Below are positions 14,046 through 28,138 of a DNA stretch of 64,000 nucleotides, piece by piece. This stretch comes from Octopus sinensis (lineage: Eukaryota): contig NC_043015.1 of the NCBI RefSeq assembly GCF_006345805.1, positions 29,264,001-29,328,000 of the forward strand, read 5' to 3'. The position numbers were made by a program, and so were the translations under genes. The notes beneath the pieces are model-generated. The model did not search any database. It was not told the origin of the DNA and worked only from the letters and a program-made list of their open reading frames with translations. Positions within the stretch are counted from its first letter, which is position 1. Each line of letters begins with the position of its first letter.

Positions 14046-15228
14046 ACCACAGAATAGCTGTTATATAAAAGAGAATTGACTTTACATTACCCATTATTTT
14101 CTATGGAATATTATTATGTTCTACTGAATGTTCAAGCCAAAACAGCCTTGGATAAAATTAATATATTCAAACAATATAGAAAATTAATATAAAATAATAT
14201 AAAAAAAAGATTGCTTCCAAAGATTTCACTTGGGGTTGTTTTATTGGGGGGCGGGGGTGGAGGTGAGGTTCCCTCATTACAATATTATCAAACAAAGGGG
14301 GGAAAATAAAATAAAATTTAGTTATAAAAGCGAATACATCTAATTTAACTTTATCTATAAACACTGCACAGATCCCAGATTTTAACATGGAACTAGTAAC
14401 TGGAGTTTAATCTAATTATTGGTATTCCTGAAGAGCAAGTAAGCTATATTGAAATCCTTTAATGGCTGATCACAGTACTGCTGTATTTATTAGCAATACT
14501 AAACTTTTCACTTGAAGCTGTAATGGAAAGATAACAGAATCTTCTTCTCCCCGATGCAATAAAAAGTCTTAAAAAAACACACATATAAAGAAATAAAATC
14601 TAAATAGATTTATACTCTGCGGGGAATTATTTACCATTCCATAAACATAGGAATTGATTTTATGCAAATTTTAGTTGAAGCTCTGTATAATAAATTCCAG
14701 GCAGAGAATTTGTTGCGTCACAAGTGACCTATTTATTGAACTTTCCAGTTAAATGGTTGCAGAAATATCTGTTTAATCAGTACTTCATGGATAGGAAGGT
14801 TTTAAAATTAAGTTAAACACACGCAGCATCGACTAAGAGATAGGGATCTTTACTACAGATAGCATCGGGAAAAAATAACTGGCCTGGAACGGTGTGTCAA
14901 AGACAGTGATTTAATATTTGGTTGGTGGGTGGGTGGCATTTCTGGCAGTCTAACAGTACACCTATATTTTGTATGCTCTAAATGTGTTATTGAAAGCAGT
15001 ACAAATAATCCATATGCAAAAATCATGGTCTGCAGCTATGAATCACATGAACTAGCTGATAAATTCTGTTCTTCACACAATTTAATCGATGGTGGTACTC
15101 AGTCAAGTGATAGTCTATTGGAAAATGTTAGTGAAAATCCAGCTCGTGCTGTTGAAGATAACAAGGGCATTCCATATTTATGAAGCACCAGAATATATAA
15201 ACAAGAAGCGTTGTCATTCTAAATCCGC

Positions 15229-16257
15229 ACCATTCTTCATTAATTTCTTATGATCTAATTAACACAAAACTTCACTGAGTAATATTTCAAGAAGTGATTG
15301 GACAGAGATGGGGGGCTTTTTTTAAAGCTATTTATATTGTTGGTTTTTAACAATTTCTGAGAGTCAGGCAGACTGACAGACATGCCGAGACAGAAATCCT
15401 GCAGTGGGACTGAAATATGGTGGGATTTGCTATATTTCTCTCATGGTGTAACATTGCAAGATAATACTAACACTAGAATATTGTTGTATTTAGGAATGGT
15501 CATTTTGCCTGTTTAGCCAATAAAAACACACGCACTATATATTTGGTGTTACTATGCTTCAGCGTTATTTACTTTTTACATTAATCTTAATCTTATTTCG
15601 GCCAGAGTTCTTTCGTCACACATCATTCCTTAATTCCTTGTGATCTAATTAACACAAAACTTCACTGAGTAATATTTCAAGAAGTGATTGGACAGAGATG
15701 GGTTTTTTTTTTTAAGCTATTTATATTGTTGGTTTTTAACAATTTCTGAGAGTCAGGCAGACTGATAGATAGACCGAAACAGAGATCCTGCAGTGGAACT
15801 GAAATATAGAGGGATTTGCTATATTTTCCTCATGGTGTAACAATGCAACATAATGCTAACACTACAATATTGTTGTATTTAGGATTGGTCATTTTGCCAG
15901 TTTAGCCAAGAAAAACACACGCACTATATATCTGGTGTTACTTTGCTTCAGCGTTATTTACTTTTTACATTAATCTTAATCTTATTTCGGCCAGAGTTCT
16001 TTCGTCACACATCATTCATTAATTCCTTATGATCTAATTAACACAAAACTTGACTGAGTAATATTTCAAGAAGTGATTGGACAGAAATGGGGGGTTTTTT
16101 TTAAAGCTATTTATATTGTTGGTTTTTAACAATTTCTGAGAGTCAGGCAGAAAGATAGACCGACCGAGACAGAGATCCTGCAGTGGAACTGAAATATGGT
16201 GGGATCTGCTTTATTTTCCTCATGGTGTAACATTGCAAGATAATGCTAACACTACAG
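15229..16257. repeat. About 2.6 tandem copies of a 390-bp unit
   Basis: gatctaattaacacaaaactt recurs at about 15251, 15641 and 16030; copies roughly 90% identical by eye. Confidence 0.85.
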
Positions 16258-17539
16258 TGTTCATTATATAGAGTCTCTGCTTCACAGAACAGTGTGTTTT
16301 CATCATCATCATTGTTCCTACTTACAACAAAGTTGACCGACTAGATCAGGAATCAACGACTTCTTTATGCAATGCACCTCCAACTTTTTTTTGTTTTTTT
16401 TTTTACATTTACATAAATACAGGTAAGACTCTGTGGTTAAGAAACTCACTTTGCAACTGTAGTTTTAGGTTCAATCCCACTACACAGCTCTTTGGGAAAG
16501 TGTTTTCTACTATGGTCCAAGGTCAACCAATGCCTTGTGAGTGAATTTGGTTGACGGAAACTGCATGGTGTTGGGTCTTGTATATCTCTGGAATTTAACA
16601 GTTTGGCAAAAAGGGACTGATAGAATAAGTATCAGACTTTCAAAAAATAAAAAATTAAGTAATGGAGATGATCTGCTTGACTAAAACTTTTTAAAGGCAG
16701 TGCTCCAGCATGGCCACAGTCCACTGACTGAAACACGTAAAAGGTAAAAGATAATAGCCCATGACCCACATGTATATCATATCATATATATATAAAAATA
16801 TCCTTGTGTATCCCTACCATTTCCATTACTGGACTGGCAATATTTATGTAAGCAAAAATTAAACCTTGACACAAGATATCATCTAAAAGCCATCATCTAT
16901 TCAATGGCACACAAACACATAAAATTTTTTAAATTATTTTTAAAAATCTGAGGCCCACAAAGAAAATCTCAGCGGTCCAACGGTTGCTACCCCTGGACAA
17001 GACCATCTTTATTTGAGATTCAGTACGGTGCTAGCAACATGATACAGTCCATTGATCGTTTGTTAGACAGGCAAACATTCAAACAATATGTTGTTTGAAT
17101 GTTTGCCTCAGCCGCAGTTCATGACATCATAGCAAACTATGAATAGTGAAAGTAAATTTCAGAGACATGAAACATGAATGAATTGAAATGTAAATTCAAT
17201 ATAGGATAGGATTCAATTTAGATAAATAAAAAGAGAAGTACTGCCGCATAAAGATTGATAAATGATGTGGAACACAATATTATTGAGCTCTGCTAGAGTG
17301 TCATTACCATTCTTTATTATTACTGGTCATTATAAAAATGTATCTGCATTGTCTTTTTTGTAAGTATTTCCATGGTCAATGCTCTGATGAACTTTGTGGT
17401 CTAATCTAATACCCTCTGTCAAGGCCTTTAATCCTCTAGCACTTAGATTATTCTGTCCAATGTAAGGCATATTTATTCACATTGTTTTGAATTAATCATG
17501 CATTATTTGATAGCTTTAGTATTTTGATGATGTAATTGC

Positions 17540-18390
17540 ATCCCCAACTTCTGGTTAAAATATCTGACAGGAATACATAAGAAGCTGGCTGAAAACTTTG
17601 ATGACATACTAGCAGAGCCAGAGACAATGCCTGAACGGCTCATGAAAGGGAAAACTATCCTAATTCTCAAATCCACTGAAACGGCAAAACCACAAAACTA
17701 CAGACCAATAACCTGTCTCCCTACAACTTACAAAGTCTTTACTGCAATAATATTGCAGAGATTGAGCAAGCATCTGGAAGAAAACAACCTCTTTCCAGAA
17801 GAGCAGAAGGGATGCTGCAAGGGCTCATATGGCTGTAAAGATCAACTAATGATCAATAAAGCCATAACAGAAAAAAGATGGTATAGGCACATGCCAGAAA
17901 AGGTCACAGAAAACGAGAAAGCAACCATACTCTAGGATATGCCAATACACACAGATAGAGAAATTAAGACCAATAGCCAGATATAGTTGTCAGAGATCAT
18001 GAAGAAAAAAAAAAGCTTTCTGATTGATGTATCAATACCAGCAGATGACAACGTGTCTCTAAAAGAAATGGAGAAACTTTCAAAATACAAAGACCTGGAA
18101 ATAGAGGTAACTAGAATGTGGAATCTAAAAACAGAAACAATTCCTATCATAGTAGGTGCAGTACATATGATAAGAAAATATTCAGAAAAATACATAACAA
18201 AAACACCAGGACTTACAAATATATATAACAAACAGAAAATTGCACTACTGGGCACTGCACACATCCTATACAAAACACTTTCAATACAGTAACCATAAGA
18301 ACATCACAGCAAACCACAGCACATACCCAAGGCACACAGAGCTGCGCTCGGTAGTGAAGTGAAAGCACGCTATAAAAATAAAACTACTGA
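17540..18390 (+). mobile_element. R4/Dong-clade non-LTR retrotransposon, 5'-truncated and internally deleted
   Basis: RT N-part (PQNYRPITCLPTTYK...EEQKGC..GSYGCKDQLMINKAI) fused near 17876 directly to the REL endonuclease (ILxDMPIHTDREIKTNRPDIVV...LIDVSIP...KEMEKLSKY...QKIALLGTAHIL); TAG at 17933; 3' UTR ends in (TAA)n. Confidence 0.85.
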
Positions 18391-18395
18391 ATAAC

Positions 18396-18454
<59 letters not shown>

Positions 18455-18465
18455 AAATAATAATA

Positions 18466-18500
<35 letters not shown>

Positions 18501-18509
18501 AAAATGATG

Positions 18510-18553
<44 letters not shown>

Positions 18554-18583
18554 TAAAAATAATAATAATAATAATAAATGATG

Positions 18584-18617
<34 letters not shown>

Positions 18618-19986
18618 TATAATGACCTTATTGCTCACAGTGCTTAGGTGCTTTATAACTTATCACAAAAAAAAAAACGGTAAAAGAGAGGCCAGGAAAC
18701 GGTAATAAGTAAAGAAAAAAAACTGCAATGATAACCAAAAGAGCAAGCATGGGGCACACAAAAAAAAATATAACACAAAAAGACACAAAAGTGAGCAATA
18801 ATACTAACTTAATTTCTTTCAAGCCTTCGCATGTCCCCTGCATTCACAGCCCGCATTTTTACTACTGCGTTGCATAGCTATTCATACACAAGCATCGTAA
18901 AATTTGCCTTTTACGCAAAGCGAGAGGCCCTTTGTTACCAAGAAAGGTAATAGCTCTTTGAATTTTCCCCAGCCAGTTCTTATTCGAGTAACAATACTTT
19001 CAGAGCATCCTCCTCCATTGCTAATTAGGTAACCTAGGAAACAGAATCTATCTACTACCTCTAAGGATCCTTCTAGACATTTGAGGAAATTTATTTCCTA
19101 TATTCTTAGTGTTTATTGTTCCACACACACAGATGTATTAAATTTGAATTAGAAGCGGTTCTGATAATGTAAACCATTACCAATGTCACATATTTAATCT
19201 TTTATTTTCTACGTGTTTCAATCATTAGAATGCAACCATTTTTAACAAGTGTATTGACCCATGTACTTATTTTTAAAAAAACCTGTTACTTATTCTATCA
19301 GTTTCTTTTGCCAAACTTCTAAATTACAGGAATGTAAACACATGAGCACTGGTTGTCAAGATATATACATAGATATATATATACACACACAGATATATAC
19401 AAAGATATTTATATATGATGGGCTTCTTTCAGTTTCTGCCTGCCAAATCCACTCACAAGGCTTTGGTCAGCCCGAGGCTATAGTAGAAGACACTTGCCCA
19501 AGGTGCCATGCAGTAAAACTGAACCCAGAACCTTGAAGTTGGGAAGCAAGCTTCTTAACACCCAGCCATACCTGTGCCTAAATATACATATATATACATA
19601 TATATATAGGTAACAGTTGGAGGAGTTTAATACCTCTAAGGGATAATTAAATCCAAAGTCTTTTTAATAATTCCTTCTGGAAACTATCTTTAACATTTTC
19701 TTGAGAATGCATATTGATGTTGGAATCTTTTGTGCCCAATATTTTCATGAACTTGTTAAACTTTTTTATGTCCTTAACATGTCCTTGTTACCAAAGACTG
19801 TATATATGTATTGTAGCATTTTGTGACAACCAATAATTAACACAACCAAACTTCTACATGTTACTTTTGACAATCTTTTTCTAAAGAGTGAAACCAGTAA
19901 AGTAAATAAACATCTTTTAAAATTGCATTTTCAAACCTTCTTTCGTATATAACTCCACTCGTGCGGTACCTTATAATTCCACTTTG

Positions 19987-20029
<43 letters not shown>

Positions 20030-20428
20030 AAACTTAACCCAAATACAACACTAAGTGAACTTCTTACCCATGCAGCTATGTTTGCACCTAAATAGATCGT
20101 GTGTGTGTGAGTGCAGGTACGACAACACCTTTCCAAAGAACCGATGGTCTAGAACTTATAATTCTCACTAACTGTCGAGCAGAAATTTCAAATTCCCACA
20201 CCTGCTGGACTACCTTACTGGGGCAGCCTTGTTTCACAGTACCTTGAATAATATAGAATAAATAAGCTTCTATCATTTATACTAATGTACAAGAAATTTC
20301 ATTAATGTAAATTTAATATATGTTTAATTTAGAGGTGCTGGAAATACTTTGAAAGCAAAGGTTCCAGAAGAGTGACGTAGCATACCTGTATATATGCACA
20401 TAGATATATATATGGATATTATAATAAA

Positions 20429-20470
<42 letters not shown>

Positions 20471-20471
20471 G

Positions 20472-20529
<58 letters not shown>

Positions 20530-20985
20530 AGTTATTGTATACAGTGCTCAGGTGCACCACAACTTGTCAAAAGTGTGTATAAAGCATATGCAGTAATGTA
20601 CAAATGTCTGGAAAGTGAACAGTGTATGAGTCAGATACATGCTTGCGTGTGTATTATACACACATACACACATATACATACACACACATAGTAATATACA
20701 CATATAGATATATACATACATATATATAATATATTACATTTGCCAGCATGGAATATGGACATTAAATAATGATATACTCTTTTACTCTTTTACTTGTTTC
20801 AGTCATTTGACTGTGGCCATGCTGGAGCACCGCCTTTAGTCGATCAAATCGACCCCGGGACTTATTCTTTGTAAGCCCAGTACTTATTCTATCGGTCTTT
20901 TTTTGCCGACCGCTAAGTGACGGGGACGTAAACACACCAGCATTGGTTGTCAAGCAATGCTAGGGGGACAAACACAGACACACAA

Positions 20986-21018
<33 letters not shown>

Positions 21019-21788
21019 ATATATATATATATATATACATATATACAACAGGCTTCTTTCAGTATATTATTATTATTATTATTATTATATAAGAATGTTG
21101 TTGATAGTGTCTCTGAAGTTTCAACCAGCTAAGCCATCAACGGACATACATTTAGTATACACACTCATATACACCCACCACGTGTGCATGCACACATGCA
21201 TGTGTGTGTGTGTGTGTGTAACGTGTTTTCGTCCGCCACAGCACAGATGACTGTATGTGAAATGTGAGCTCCTCCACCAAGTCCCATAACCCAAATGAAC
21301 CATGCCAACAGCGACTATAAATCTATCTATTTAGTCTGTAAATACAATAAAAACGGTATTTAAAGAGGTTGGAATTAAAATATTTTATATATTTCAGAAC
21401 TACAACATTGTCTGGCATTGATTCCTTCACCTAATTTCCATTTGGAAATGTTACAAAATGTAGTTGAAACGGGAAAAAAAAAAAATCAAAAATCATTTTA
21501 GCAAGTAATTTAGCTTAATATTGAACCTAATTACTCATATCTTCATAGCGTCTCCTCCACAGAGCCTTCTCTCATTATTCCATTTCCTTCACATTGCAAT
21601 ATTTTTTTTTCTGACTCTTTCCATCTCCCCACCCCACCCTCTCTCTCTCTTTCTCTCTTTCCCTCTCTCTCTCTCTCTCTCACACACACACATACATACA
21701 CACACAGAATTCTTACTCACGTTTTTTACTCCTTCCCATTCTTCTAATTAAAGAATACAGTCTGTCTGTCTGTCTCTCTCTGTCTTTG

Positions 21789-21829
<41 letters not shown>

Positions 21830-21959
21830 TCTCTCTCTCTCTTTTTCTTTCTCTCTCTCTCTCACTCACACACACATACATACACACACACACGATTCTT
21901 ACTCACACGTTTTTGCTCCTTTCCATTCTTCTAATTCAAGAATACACACTGTCTGTCTG

Positions 21960-21991
<32 letters not shown>

Positions 21992-22061
21992 TGTCTCTCT
22001 CTCTCCTCCCTCCACACACAACAAGCATCTTTCTCTTTGTATTTTCTAAAATATTCCACTC

Positions 22062-22104
<43 letters not shown>

Positions 22105-22322
22105 GATATTCTCCCATGATCCCATTCCTCTCTTCTTACCCACTTTTGTAATTTTTTAAAACACTCTCTCCCTCTCTCTCTCTCTCTCTCTTCTGGTTTA
22201 TTGCCTTTTTCTTTTTACATTTTTTGTTCTCTAACCATTAGTACCATTTCTTTTTCCCTCTCATTTCCTCTCTCCCTCTAACTGTCGCTCAATCAATCTG
22301 TCTATCTCCCCGTGTGTGTATA

Positions 22323-22376
<54 letters not shown>

Positions 22377-22924
22377 ATCTGTCCATCCATCCATCCTACT
22401 CATTTCTATGTAACTTTTTGAATCTCTCACTCTCATTCAACATTTACTCAACTTTACCTCCCCACCCACCCTCAAAGCCATCAATCTTTTAATTATCACA
22501 TTTTTTTCTTTTCTCAGTTCATTATTTCTTCAATCACAGTCACTCTCTCTCACACACACACACACATCCCAACATCAGAAATATATATATGTATATATAT
22601 ACACACACACACACCTATGTAATCACACATATATAGCTAGCTATACTCACTAAACATACATCAACATATAGACATATTATCATATATAATTACACAGATA
22701 CATACACACACACAAACTTTATATATGTACACACACGCACACACACATACACACATTATATCATACGTGTATACACATATGTTAATCCAACAAATGAAAG
22801 GAAAAATTATCAGAATTAAAATAAAATTCAAACATAAAGTAATGCAAAACTCAGAGTAAACACTGTGAAAAACAGATTTCCAACCTGTCATTATTAATAA
22901 TTTTGTGTATGTATGTATATATAT

Positions 22925-23150
22925 ATAGATAAATGTGACCGTGTGTGTACCGTTGGCGATTTTTTTCCCTCTGTCTTCCCTTCTCTGGATCTTTCCTTCT
23001 CCTGTGTTTCCAACGAAGAGCTCTGCTCGAAACGTTAAACACTCCTTCTTCCCTTCCTTCCTCAGCGTCCAATAATACTATATTTGTTCCACGTCCTCGC
23101 GTTGTTGTGTTTTCTCTTTGTGTTTTCATGTTTGGATTAACTATATATAT
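22925..23150 (+). mobile_element. Penelope-like fragment between (TA)n tracts with a degenerate minimal hammerhead (23004-23042)
   Basis: gtgttt-CCAACGA-a-gagc-tct-gctc-GAAA-CG-TT-aaacac; the core has two substitutions relative to CTGACGA. Confidence 0.45.
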
Positions 23151-23727
23151 ATCTATATATATAGATGTGTGTATTTTTCCCTTGTTTACAATTAACATGG
23201 AAAAAATAGATAAATAGTTACCAGGGTAGCAAAAAATCACACACATAAAAAGGTTGTAACTCCTTGTTTTTAAAGGTAGAAACTCCGGGATTACGTGAAA
23301 TATTTTGTATAATATATATAAATAAATAAATGGAGTTAAAATATCTTATTGACGAGTTTTATTTCTTCATTTCCCTGAAGAGAAGATTACATTGTTTTAT
23401 ACCATTTTATTCCTTTGGAATAATACCAGTGATATCTGGTATTATGATATATGAATGGCTATGGGATTGCACTTAGAAAGTTCCCCCCCGAGACACAAGA
23501 CTGGGCAATGCTGTTTATGGAAGACCAGCAGTCACCCATACATGTCAGCCTAGTTAGAGTGTCCGGCTCACAATCATGAGGTAGTGAGTTTGATTTCCAG
23601 ACCAAGCAGTGTGTTGTGTTCTTGAGCAAGACACTTTATCTCACACTGCTCCAGTTCACTCAGCTGTTGAAAGGAGTTTCGATGTCACTGGTGCCAAGCT
23701 GTATCAGCCTTTGCTGATATATATTTA

Positions 23728-24406
23728 CCGTAAATCCTTGAGTATAGTCCGCCCTTGAGTATAATATGCAGGGGATTTTTAGGGGGCTGTACCTCTGAAA
23801 AACCTAAACTTTGTGTATAATACGCACCCCTTCTCTAACTTGAGTCAAGGAGTTCTATATAACATCCTTGGTTTGTAAAACTGTATATGGCAACGTCCTT
23901 TATTTATTGGGAATTTCAATTGTTATATTTTCGTTGTTATCTCTGGAATTTTTAAAGGGTTTTTTGCAAACGGACAAAACCCTTTGTAACTTTCATCCTG
24001 TGTTTTGTCCCTTTATGTTTTAATTAAGTTCTGTCAGCCCTTGTGGCCAATAAACGAATTTATTTATTATTATTATTGTATATATAACATAATGCAAACG
24101 TGTAGCTTTTTTGTGCATTTTGTTTGCAGAAAATAAAGAAATAACAGTAATAACGTTTAATAAATGTTGCTTACTGCAAGTTATGGATGATTCTTTTATG
24201 CATTCATTGCTTTCAGGCTTAGCTTAAGGTATTTTCACACCCGACATCACAAAATGTGTCTGAATAAACATTGTCGGACAGCAAATACAGACTCGGACGT
24301 TGCTTAGAAAATAATATTCATTTTTAACCTCGTATATAGAACGCACTAGGGATTTTGACCTTTAAATTTTGGGGGAAAAATGCAGATTATACTCGAGGAT
24401 TTATGG
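23728..24406. mobile_element. Tc1/mariner-superfamily (Tigger/pogo-like) MITE
   Basis: TA|CCGTAAATCCTTGAGTATA ... TATACTCGAGGATTTATGG|TA; imperfect TIRs of about 24 bp. Confidence 0.75.
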
Positions 24407-24869
24407 TACCTAGGATATATATATATATATATATATACAATTTTAAACATAAGTTTATACACACATCAAACTTGATACAATAAACAAATAAATGCTCATA
24501 TAAACGTAAATTGACCTAAAAACATGCATGCAAATGATTACATCTTCGTATATACATAATCAATCAGCTTGCAGATGCACACACTGGTACGAAACACATG
24601 ACACAAAATAAAAATGAACTGCAGTAAAAATACTTTTATCTAAAATCATGTATATATATATACTATGTATATATACACTAACATAACGACATGCATAAAC
24701 ACACACATGCACACAGTAAACCATACATATTGATACCATCATTAAGATAGATAATATACACGCACATACATGCATGCCCACACACACACACACAGATGTG
24801 CGTATGTTGGACATACATCCCAATAAACAGATCAACTTTCATACAAATATATATTTATCCAAACATACA

Positions 24870-24998
24870 CTAATATATATATATATGTGTGTATATATAT
24901 GTGTGTATATATATATGTGTGTATATATATGTGTGTATATATATATGTGTGTATATATATGTGTGTATATATATATGTGTGTATATATATAATATATG

Positions 24999-25035
<37 letters not shown>

Positions 25036-25077
25036 GTATAAATATATATGTATATATATATATGTATAATATATATA

Positions 25078-25143
<66 letters not shown>

Positions 25144-25177
25144 TATATATATATACATATATATTATACATATATAC

Positions 25178-25228
<51 letters not shown>

Positions 25229-25230
25229 CA
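24870..25230. repeat. (TA)n microsatellite with a 22-bp higher-order unit at its 5' end
   Basis: atatatatatgtgtgtatatat-type unit repeated about 4 times. Confidence 0.85.
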
Positions 25231-25889
25231 AGCATACAGAATGACTAAACCAGAATATACACAACATACATGATTGCATACACGCTGCATGGGATTGCTA
25301 AAAATACGCGAATATACACTCATTAAGGAAACCCAATTAAGGGATTAGCCTCCATATAAACACTGACTCACCCAAAATCACATAGATACATACAAGGCAA
25401 ACATACAAATACATACATTAATCAAGACATACACACACACATACAAGCACAAACACACAGAGTTAAGAATGCACACATACACTTACAACAACACGAATGG
25501 ATACACACACAGAGTGAAGAATGCAGACACATAAATACACACACAAACACAAATAAACACACCTATAAACTCATATACGCTTACACACATAACAGGACTT
25601 AAAAATGCATGCATGCACACACACACACATACACACACACACACATACACACACAACAACAGCACATACAAGTTCATGAACAGAAACACACTCAACTACA
25701 CTTACAACACACATACACATTCAACCATATTTATAAACTCATATGCACACACACTCACACACACACAAACACACACACACTCACACACGCACACTCACAC
25801 ACACACACTCACATACACACAGAGAAAAGCACAATTACAAGCACACATACATCCATACCTACAAATTTGCACACTCACACACACATACA

Positions 25890-25941
<52 letters not shown>

Positions 25942-26533
25942 TATTCACACAGCTCAGTGATAAAGCTAAGACTCGTTTTATGACACTGAATTTCTAATAG
26001 CTGTTGTCCCGCACATCAGATTTTACTGGAAAAAAAATATTTAAAAAGAATATCCAGGTTTCTCTAGCACTAAATGGAGAAGAAATAAATCTTTCCTTGA
26101 CCAGGGCACTGGTCTTTTGCATTTAGATGATCCCACAGGAGAGATTGAACTCCCCACTGCAATGCAACAAAATACTTTAAGCCAACAGGATTGTTTTTGT
26201 GGTCACTCGATCTGCAAAATCTCCCTCAAATCACACCTCAGTCTTAGAAAAGTGCACATTGACATAGCTGTGTGGTAAGAAGCTTCCTTCCCTACCACAT
26301 GGTTATGGGTTCAGTCCCACTGAGTGGCACTTTGGGCAAGTATGTTTCTTGTACCATAGCCTTGAGACCACCAAAGCTTTGTGAGTGAATTTGGTTGATG
26401 GAAACTGAACAAAGCCCACCATGTGTGTGTTTGTGTCTGTCCCCCAACACTGCTTGGCAATTGTATTTTCTTTCACCAAAAACTAGGAACTTTTCAGCAC
26501 CCACTCATATATATATATAAATATATATATATA

Positions 26534-26979
26534 CATGAATAAATAAAAGAATGGAGTCGAACGAAGATGTTAACAAAATTCCTTTACTCTCAACATATGT
26601 TTCGAAGACAACATGGTTTCATTCCAAAGGAATAAAGGGTGCAAGATGCAATCTTCTCATCAGGAAAGAAAGGGAGCCTCTCTCAACAACAAGACAAACA
26701 AAAATTTCGATGACTGCCTACATGGTAAACAAAACGATAAGTGTTTTTAAAAAACCGTTAGTAGAATTGACGTCAAAGTTAGATAGTAGGAAGAGAAGGG
26801 TTAAAGGAATAATAGGTATTATTCATACATAACACACAAATTTCTGCACATGAACCCAGAGTTTCTACCCTTGGACAGGTCGCTTCAACCGTGTTTCTGA
26901 CGTGAATTTGCTACCCTGGTATCGGTTCATTGAATTTTCCATGCTGACGGTAAACATAGGATAATTCATTCACCTATCG
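26534..26979 (-). mobile_element. Non-autonomous Penelope-like element of about 450 bp in a (TA)n tract, carrying the 26.6-kb hammerhead
   Basis: (TA)n on both sides. A diverged relative lies at 23165-23430 (+), sharing catggaaaa..taccagggtagcaaa..ggtagaaactc..CTGAwGAgaagatt..attcctttggaat. Confidence 0.55.
26581..26673 (-). ncRNA. Type I hammerhead ribozyme, intact core
   Basis: Minus strand: cctttctttc-CTGATGA-gaaga..tcttc-GAAA-C-atat-G-TT-gagag(t)aaagg. About 10-bp stem I with one bulge, 5-bp closing stem II, GUU cleavage triplet. Confidence 0.75.
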
Positions 26980-27274
26980 ATATATATATATATATATATA
27001 TGACAGGTTTCTTTCAGTTTCTATCTACCAAATCCATTGACAAGGCTTTGGTTGGTCCTGAGCAATAGTAGAAAAACACTTGCCTATTATGTCACGCAAT
27101 GGCACTAAATCTGAAACTACGAAGCTGGGAAGCAAACTTCTCAACCACGCAGTGAAACAGCCACATGTCCAGAAACTAGACGACGATTATGACAATGAGA
27201 TGGTTATAGCTTGAACTGCTTTGATCATAGGTCTGCTTGATCAGGGCTAACCAGGAACAAAACAGCAACTGCAG

Positions 27275-27653
27275 TGGAGGCACAATGGCCTAGTTGTTTG
27301 GGCAGCGGACTCGCGGTCGGGGGATGGCGGTTTCAATTCCCAGACCGGACGTTGTGTGTGTTTATTGAGTGAAAACACCTAAAGCTCCACGAGGCTCCGG
27401 CAGGGGGTGGTGGCGACCCCTGTTGTACTCTTTCGCCCCCAACTTTCTCTCACTCTTTCTTCCTGTTTCTTGTCCCCGTCTTCCTACGCAACCGCTGAGC
27501 CTGGATGCGCATTCATCCGTCCGTCGATGCTCTCGGGGTCGGGGGTTGACCTGGTTTCTCTTCTGCGGGTCTTACGAATAGCAAAGGACCACGTTTCGGA
27601 CTTTTCCCACTACTGGGACGAAGACCGCTTCGCTCAACAAACAAACAAACAAA
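27275..27653 (+). mobile_element. SINE family 1, tail type c
   Basis: Same head and body; distinct tail ending in (CAAA)n; 16-bp TSD CAAAACAGCAACTGCA. Confidence 0.8.
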
Positions 27654-28038
27654 CAAAACAGCAACTGCAACAACAACAACAAGAACAACATCTGCTCCTC
27701 CACAACCGCCAACCAGAAATACAATACCATGCTTATAGTTAGATCAAGCCTATCTACTAACCCAGTAGCTCATCCACTTAGTATTTTGTCTCCATAAACT
27801 GGGAAGAGCATCCAAATATTAAATCAAATCTGTCAAAACCACTGTTCCGTTCAACCAATACTCATGCCTGCATTGAGAAATATTGTAAATGCCTCTCTCT
27901 CTCTATCTCTTTCTCTCTCTCTCTATTTCTCTTTCTCTCTCTCTTTCTCTCTCTATCTCTTTCTCTCTCTTTCTCTTCTCCTCTCTCTCCTTCTCTCTCT
28001 CTTTCTCTTTCTCTCTCTCTTTCTCTTTCTCTCTCTCT

Positions 28039-28138
28039 NNNNNNNNNNNNNNNNNNNNNNNNNNNNNNNNNNNNNNNNNNNNNNNNNNNNNNNNNNNNNN
28101 NNNNNNNNNNNNNNNNNNNNNNNNNNNNNNNNNNNNNN
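28039..28138. other. Assembly gap (100 N)
   Basis: Run of N between (CT)n and (CACT)n repeats. Confidence 1.
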
